Shown here in pieces: positions 59,447 to 64,000 of a stretch of DNA of 64,000 bases. Made by a program: the position numbers and the translations under genes. Every line of letters begins with the position of its first letter. The first letter of the stretch is position 1. The stretch comes from a virus (lineage: Duplodnaviria; Caudoviricetes), in IMG/VR virus record IMGVR_UViG_3300028888_000084, positions 35,361 through 99,360 of that record; one strand, written 5' to 3'. The notes beneath the pieces were generated by a model. It had not been told where the DNA came from and searched no databases. It was given only the letters and a program-made list of their open reading frames with translations.

Positions 59447-60352
59447 GTGACCAGAGAAGAATTAAGTAATTTACAAAATTTAAACTTAGAAGAAAAAGAA
59501 GCATTAACTAAACTGAGAATTAGGCAATTTGTAGATTATTATGGTGAAAACAATGTATATATTAGTTTTAGCGGTGGAAAAGATAGTACCGTCTTACTTC
59601 ATCTAGTAAGAAGCATTTATCCTAATATACCTGCTGTTTTTATTGATACTGGACTAGAGTTTCCAGAAATAAAAGAATTTGTAAGAAAAACAGAAAATGT
59701 AGAAATAATAAGACCTAAAAAGACATTTTTACAAGTTATAGACGAATATGGATATCCTGTAGTTTCAAAGGAAATAGCATGTACTATAGATTATGCAAGA
59801 AAAGGAAGTAAATGGGCAATAGACAGGGTTAATGGCAAACACAATTATGGAAATCATGACCAATATAAATTTTTAGTTGACGCACCATTTAAGGTAAGTT
59901 CAAAATGTTGTGATATAATGAAGAAAGAACCAGCAAAAAGATATGAAAAAGAAACTGGTAAACATCCAATAATAGGAACTATGGCTTATGAAGGTGGACA
60001 AAGATTATCAGCATATTTAAGAACAGGTTGCAACGTATTCGATGGTCAAGGTGAAAGACCAATGAGTAAGCCACTATCATTTTGGAATGAAGAAGATATA
60101 TGGGACTATATACATAAATATAATATCAAATATTGCAATATATATGATAAAGGTTACCGAAGAACTGGTTGTATGTTTTGTATGTTTGGATATCAACACG
60201 ATAAAAAGCCAACAAGATTTGATTTAATGAAAGAAACACATCCACAAATATATGATTATTGCATGAATAAATTAAACTTGAAACAAATAATAAAATATAT
60301 AGAAGATAACTTTGTTACAAGACGTAAAAAAAGTAATAATGATAAGGGGTGA
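59447..60352 (+). CDS. PAPS-reductase-family PP-loop protein with Fe-S motif
   Basis: SFSGGKDS PP-loop, DTGLEFPE, KCC..KKEP and RTGCMFC. Confidence 0.88.
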   Translation: MTREELSNLQNLNLEEKEALTKLRIRQFVDYYGENNVYISFSGGKDSTVLLHLVRSIYPNIPAVFIDTGLEFPEIKEFVRKTENVEIIRPKKTFLQVIDEYGYPVVSKEIACTIDYARKGSKWAIDRVNGKHNYGNHDQYKFLVDAPFKVSSKCCDIMKKEPAKRYEKETGKHPIIGTMAYEGGQRLSAYLRTGCNVFDGQGERPMSKPLSFWNEEDIWDYIHKYNIKYCNIYDKGYRRTGCMFCMFGYQHDKKPTRFDLMKETHPQIYDYCMNKLNLKQIIKYIEDNFVTRRKKSNNDKG

Positions 60353-60624
60353 ATATTATGGATTCTTATAAAAGTTTACTTGACGACATCTTAGATTGTA
60401 TTGATGTTAAGTCTGGTAAAGTAAAAGATATTGATAAATTTAATAAACTTATTGAAAGAAAAAATAGATATTATTCATTACAAAATTCACACGCAGAAGG
60501 TGTTATGACAATATTGCCGCTAGAATATTATGAACTAAAGAATAAATCTAAATTATTAGATAAAATACAAGATATGATAATAGATGTAAAACTTGAATGT
60601 CTTAAAAATTACTTTCGTGCTTAA
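60349..60624 (+). CDS. Hypothetical protein
   Basis: ORF track; coupled to the upstream gene. Confidence 0.5.
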   Translation: MNIMDSYKSLLDDILDCIDVKSGKVKDIDKFNKLIERKNRYYSLQNSHAEGVMTILPLEYYELKNKSKLLDKIQDMIIDVKLECLKNYFRA

Positions 60625-60666
60625 ATTAAACAATATTATAATTCAAACAAAGGATGGTGATCAATA

Positions 60667-60792
60667 ATGAACTTTTGGGATAAAGTTGTGGAATTTGCAA
60701 TTTCCGTTCTTTGCTTAAGCGCAGCCTTTCTTATGATTGTAATTTCTTCTTATATCACAACTTACATAATAATATGTGCAGTAAGACGATAA
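60667..60792 (+). CDS. 41-aa single-pass membrane peptide
   Basis: SD GGATGGTGA; MNFWDKVVEFAISVLCLSAAFLMIVISSYITTYIIICAVRR. Confidence 0.55.
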   Translation: MNFWDKVVEFAISVLCLSAAFLMIVISSYITTYIIICAVRR

Positions 60793-60796
60793 ATAC

Positions 60797-60825
60797 TTGA
60801 CAAATATTGCAATGTATGATATATT
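60797..60825 (+). promoter_or_regulatory. SigA-type promoter for the peptide-ORF-iscS unit
   Basis: TTGACA-17-TATATT with extended TG. Confidence 0.6.
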
Positions 60826-60856
60826 ATACTTAACAAAAGACATAGGGGTGATTAAT

Positions 60857-60952
60857 ATGGAAAACATTCCAGTACAATACATAAGTTTTGCTATTCTTGT
60901 AACAAATATAATACAAGTTATAGTAGCAATTCATTATGGAAGGAGAAAATAA
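60857..60952 (+). CDS. 31-aa hydrophobic peptide with basic tail
   Basis: SD AGGGGTGA; MENIPVQYISFAILVTNIIQVIVAIHYGRRK. Confidence 0.55.
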   Translation: MENIPVQYISFAILVTNIIQVIVAIHYGRRK

Positions 60953-60955
60953 ATT

Positions 60956-61264
60956 ATGAATGCAGATGATTTGTTTAAAAAACTTGGTTATGAAAAATAT
61001 AAAAATTTAGATTACTTTGATTATGAACCAACTATAGAATATAAAAAATCTAATGATAACAATACTATTACCAGTATATCATTTTATGAACCAGATAACT
61101 ATATAATCACTAGTACTTATCAACAATTCAGTAATGAAATAAATGTAACAAGTCTATTTAGATTATATAATACAAGAATAACATTCAATGAATTAGAAGC
61201 TATATATCTAAAATGTAAAGAATTAGGTTGGGATAATATACAAATTAAACAAGAAGGTGATTAA
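60956..61264 (+). CDS. Hypothetical phage protein
   Basis: ADDLFKKLGY..ELEAIYLKCKELGW motif family; SD AAGGAG. Confidence 0.6.
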   Translation: MNADDLFKKLGYEKYKNLDYFDYEPTIEYKKSNDNNTITSISFYEPDNYIITSTYQQFSNEINVTSLFRLYNTRITFNELEAIYLKCKELGWDNIQIKQEGD

Positions 61265-62411
61265 TATAAAAACTGTTTATTTAGACAATAGTGCTACAAC
61301 TGAAATAAAACACGAAGTGTTGGAATCTATGCTACCTTATATGAAGTCAAGCTATGGAAATCCATCTTCTATTTATTCACTGGGTTTAGCTAGTAAACAA
61401 GCAATTGAAGATGCTAGAACTAAAGTCGCTAATGCTATTAATGCCGATCCATCAGAAATTTATTTTACGTCTGGTGGAACAGAAAGCGATAACTGGGCTA
61501 TTAAAGGAATAATATTTAATCATCTTAATGATCATATTGATCCACATATAATTACAACACAAGTAGAACACCCTGCTGTGTATAATTCTTGTAAATATTT
61601 AGAACATAGACTGGCAGATGTTACATTTTTACCAGTAGATAATACTTGTACTATAAATATAAACCAATTAAAAAACACTATACAAGATAACACTGTTCTT
61701 TTGTCTATTATGTATGCTAATAATGAAGTTGGTAGTATTCAGCCTATAAAAGAAATATCTGATATAGCAAAAAAACATAAGATTATACTTCATACAGATG
61801 CCGTTCAGGCTGTTGGTCATACTAAAATAGACGTTAAAGAACTTGGCGTGGATTTGTTGTCAATGTCTGGTCATAAATTCCACGCACCTAAGGGTATAGG
61901 GGCTTTATATGTTAAAAAAGGTACCAGTATAGACCAGTACCTTAATGGTGGTTCACAGGAAAAGAATTTTAGGGCGGGTACTGAAAATGTTGCTAATATA
62001 GTTGGTATGGGAAAAGCAATAGAACTTGCTACTAATAACATTGAACAAGATATTGAATATATAAAACAATTAAGAAATTTATTGATTTCTGGTATAATGA
62101 ATAATATAAGTAACTGCTATCTTAATAGCTGTTCAAGTAATACGTTGCCAGGAATTGTAAATATCACATTTGAAAGAATAAATGCAGAAACATTACTTCT
62201 TCTATTAAATAATGCTGGAATATTTGCATCCGCAGGTTCTGCTTGTAGTTCACATTCAAATGATCCTTCTAGAACATTGATGGCTATGGGACTATCTGAA
62301 CAAGACGCACATAGTTCTGTTAGATTTTCTATTGGAACATTGAACAGTGTTGATGATATTAATTATACGGTATCTAAATTGATTGATATTGTTGATTATT
62401 TGCGAAGCTAA
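61257..62411 (+). CDS. iscS: Cysteine desulfurase (IscS/NifS group I)
   Basis: YLDNSATT, GNPSS, FTSGGTE, HTDAVQ, SGHK (PLP lysine), RAGTEN and GSACSS catalytic Cys. Confidence 0.95.
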   Translation: MINIKTVYLDNSATTEIKHEVLESMLPYMKSSYGNPSSIYSLGLASKQAIEDARTKVANAINADPSEIYFTSGGTESDNWAIKGIIFNHLNDHIDPHIITTQVEHPAVYNSCKYLEHRLADVTFLPVDNTCTININQLKNTIQDNTVLLSIMYANNEVGSIQPIKEISDIAKKHKIILHTDAVQAVGHTKIDVKELGVDLLSMSGHKFHAPKGIGALYVKKGTSIDQYLNGGSQEKNFRAGTENVANIVGMGKAIELATNNIEQDIEYIKQLRNLLISGIMNNISNCYLNSCSSNTLPGIVNITFERINAETLLLLLNNAGIFASAGSACSSHSNDPSRTLMAMGLSEQDAHSSVRFSIGTLNSVDDINYTVSKLIDIVDYLRS

Positions 62412-62518
62412 CCTGTGTAGTCACTATGTTGAAATTTAATCTGTGTAGTTACTATAACGTACCGAAGCAAAGTATAAAATAATTATGTAACCCTATTATG
62501 TAAACTACCCCCCTATAT

Positions 62519-62532
62519 CGAACGTTTGTTCT
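62519..62532. promoter_or_regulatory. Gram-positive LexA (SOS) box
   Basis: cGAAC-gttt-GTTCt fits GAAC-N4-GTTC. Confidence 0.45.
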
Positions 62533-62576
62533 AACATTATGTAGATATATTATGTAAACTATAACAAATAAAATTG

Positions 62577-62595
62577 GGGCGGACACAGTCCGCCC
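62577..62595. terminator. Terminator hairpin between convergent units
   Basis: GGGCGGAC-aca-GTCCGCCC. Confidence 0.65.
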
Positions 62596-62605
62596 GTTTA
62601 CATAA

Positions 62606-62893
62606 CTATTTTACTTGATATAGTTTTATTATATCGTCTTTTGTAAAATATATTCTGTGTTTACAATTTTTTACATATCCGTATCCTATATAGTCACCGT
62701 TTACATAATCGGTCGACTTCATAAAATCTGTATCGATATAGACGTTATATAATTGTAAATTATTTACAAATATGCTTTGTTTATTATTCAAATAATCTAG
62801 TCGTTTACATAATGCTTTGACTATTGTTTGTAGTTCGTTTATATTGTTTGTTTCGTTGCTTTCATTTCTTTTCTTTATGTCTACTACTAACAT
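62606..62893 (-). CDS. Hypothetical protein
   Basis: SD GAGGAAAGG; ORF track. Confidence 0.55.
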   Translation of the reverse strand: MLVVDIKKRNESNETNNINELQTIVKALCKRLDYLNNKQSIFVNNLQLYNVYIDTDFMKSTDYVNGDYIGYGYVKNCKHRIYFTKDDIIKLYQVK

Positions 62894-62926
62894 AATACCA
62901 CAACCTTTCCTCTTTAGTTTACATAA

Positions 62927-63925
62927 CTATTTTACTAGTTCATTAATGTCAATTTCTTCCATTTCCTTTGTTTGTGTCTTTCTACTTCCTTTTAATTGTT
63001 TATTTAGTGCTTTGTCAATCAACTTCTGTCGTTCGTCATTCTTTACGCTACTATTTGCACCAGTAGTGGCAATATTTGGGAATAAATTATTGTCAACTGT
63101 GATATTGTTTAAGTTGTCATAATTGTTATATAGTCCATTAATTAAATGAACTATATTATATTTATTTACTGAAACAGTTATAGTTTCATCTTGAAAGGCT
63201 TGATCGATTATGTCAACTATTTCCTTTATCTTGTCAATGTCAACAGTTTCAACAGTCAATTTCTTTACATTGTCAAGCATCTTTACATAACTAGCATTGT
63301 AAACGTTTCCAATGTTTGCCAATATTAAAACTGAAAGTCCATAGATTTCGTCTTTCTGTATATTACGTAAACTAAATACTTTATTTATGAAAGGTTTACA
63401 TAATAGATAGTCATTTAATGTTTCTAGTAATTCACTGGAAAGCCCTTTTGACTTTTGCACGTTTGAAAGACTTGTACTATTATTTAATTGTAAAAATTTG
63501 TCAAATCTACCATTTATGTCAAGTCCTTCTATAATCCTACATAATACAGTAGTTTCCATAAATTGACTTTTGACAGTTTCTGGAAGGTCTGTAAATGCCC
63601 TTTCAATTTTGGTATTTTTTTCCAAAGTTTCACCTTTGGCGTTTGTGTAAATTTCCGTTGCCGTTTCCGTCAATGTTAGATTTCCATTAATAAAGTTTGT
63701 AATGTCTTGTAAACGACTTGAACCATCTAAAATGGCAAGTTTGCCCGTTTCTGTCTTTGCAAGTGTAATAATATTTACATCTTGCCCATTTAATAACGAT
63801 TTGATTATACCTTGCCCAAATTTTTTATCGTGTGAAGGTGTCCTTTGATACCTTTCACGAATAATATTTCCATTTCCTAACATTTCTACCATTTCACTAA
63901 TTTTCATTGTTTTCATAGTTTCCAT
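62927..63925 (-). CDS. DUF262 (ParB/Srx-fold, GmrSD N-terminal-like) protein with divergent motif
   Basis: YQR..IIKSLLNG..I..ILDGSSRL (canonical DGQQR) and later F..LN..SL. Confidence 0.7.
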   Translation of the reverse strand: METMKTMKISEMVEMLGNGNIIRERYQRTPSHDKKFGQGIIKSLLNGQDVNIITLAKTETGKLAILDGSSRLQDITNFINGNLTLTETATEIYTNAKGETLEKNTKIERAFTDLPETVKSQFMETTVLCRIIEGLDINGRFDKFLQLNNSTSLSNVQKSKGLSSELLETLNDYLLCKPFINKVFSLRNIQKDEIYGLSVLILANIGNVYNASYVKMLDNVKKLTVETVDIDKIKEIVDIIDQAFQDETITVSVNKYNIVHLINGLYNNYDNLNNITVDNNLFPNIATTGANSSVKNDERQKLIDKALNKQLKGSRKTQTKEMEEIDINELVK

Positions 63926-64000
63926 AATTTTTATACCCCTTTTATTTTAATATTTACGTTTCATAGTTTCACACGAAACTAATCGGTTGACGTATAACCG

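Larger units (their letters stand above)
62482..63404. repeat. TTATGTAAAC motif array with orientation switch near 62570
   Basis: Exact copies at 62496 and 62550 (+) and 62596, 62699, 62803, 62917, 63394 (-), plus near matches. Confidence 0.8.

Noticed and set aside
62482-62936. CRISPR or mini-array reading of the TTATGTAAAC repeats
   Set aside because: Units are only 10-20 bp, change orientation, and lie partly inside ORFs.
59447-63925. Complete dnd/ssp phosphorothioation operon
   Set aside because: No DndD/DndE/SspB/SspC equivalents, and the genes are not contiguous; kept only as a hypothesis in findings.
1-64000. tRNA genes, introns/inteins, stop-codon reassignment, prophage-host junction
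   Set aside because: No T-loop/cloverleaf seen; DnaE part, TerL and YonO are uninterrupted; long ORFs are intact in the standard code; glyA and iscS are interspersed with phage-type ORFs rather than host operons. Inspection was by eye only.

Overview
AT-rich segment of a large tailed phage or prophage of a Firmicutes host. Host evidence: strong SD sites, TTGACA-17-TATAAT promoters and a Gram-positive LexA box. Its organisation resembles Bacillus phage SPbeta. The minus strand (54.0 kb to 1) runs: RecU / nucleotidase / guanylate kinase / YonO-type single-subunit RNA polymerase; HU-like, YonK-like and YonJ-like genes; terminase, portal, protease-scaffold and major capsid; head-tail and tail tube genes; holins, a tyrosine recombinase and endolysin; tape measure; a fibre/adhesin/glycosyltransferase cassette; baseplate genes; then a replication operon (Sak4-like ATPase, SSB, PD-(D/E)XK nuclease, primase-helicase, DnaE truncated by the window edge). 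The plus strand (54.6-62.4 kb) carries glyA, thyX, a DNA methyltransferase, a PAPS-reductase-family protein, a cysteine desulfurase and many small ORFs. The most unusual non-coding signals are four. (1) A nested GTAACA/TGTTAC palindrome array at the divergence point (54150-54310). (2) A motif-saturated region at 62.4-63.9 kb with a TTATGTAAAC array, identical 20-bp gene ends and a TTGACA-rich DUF262/ParB-fold gene. (3) Three ATAAAA-N6-TTTTAT palindromes at module boundaries. (4) A promoter-driven two-hairpin small RNA at about 6.1 kb. I saw no CRISPR array, tRNA, reverse transcriptase or intein. All calls come from reading motifs by eye; no database searches were run.
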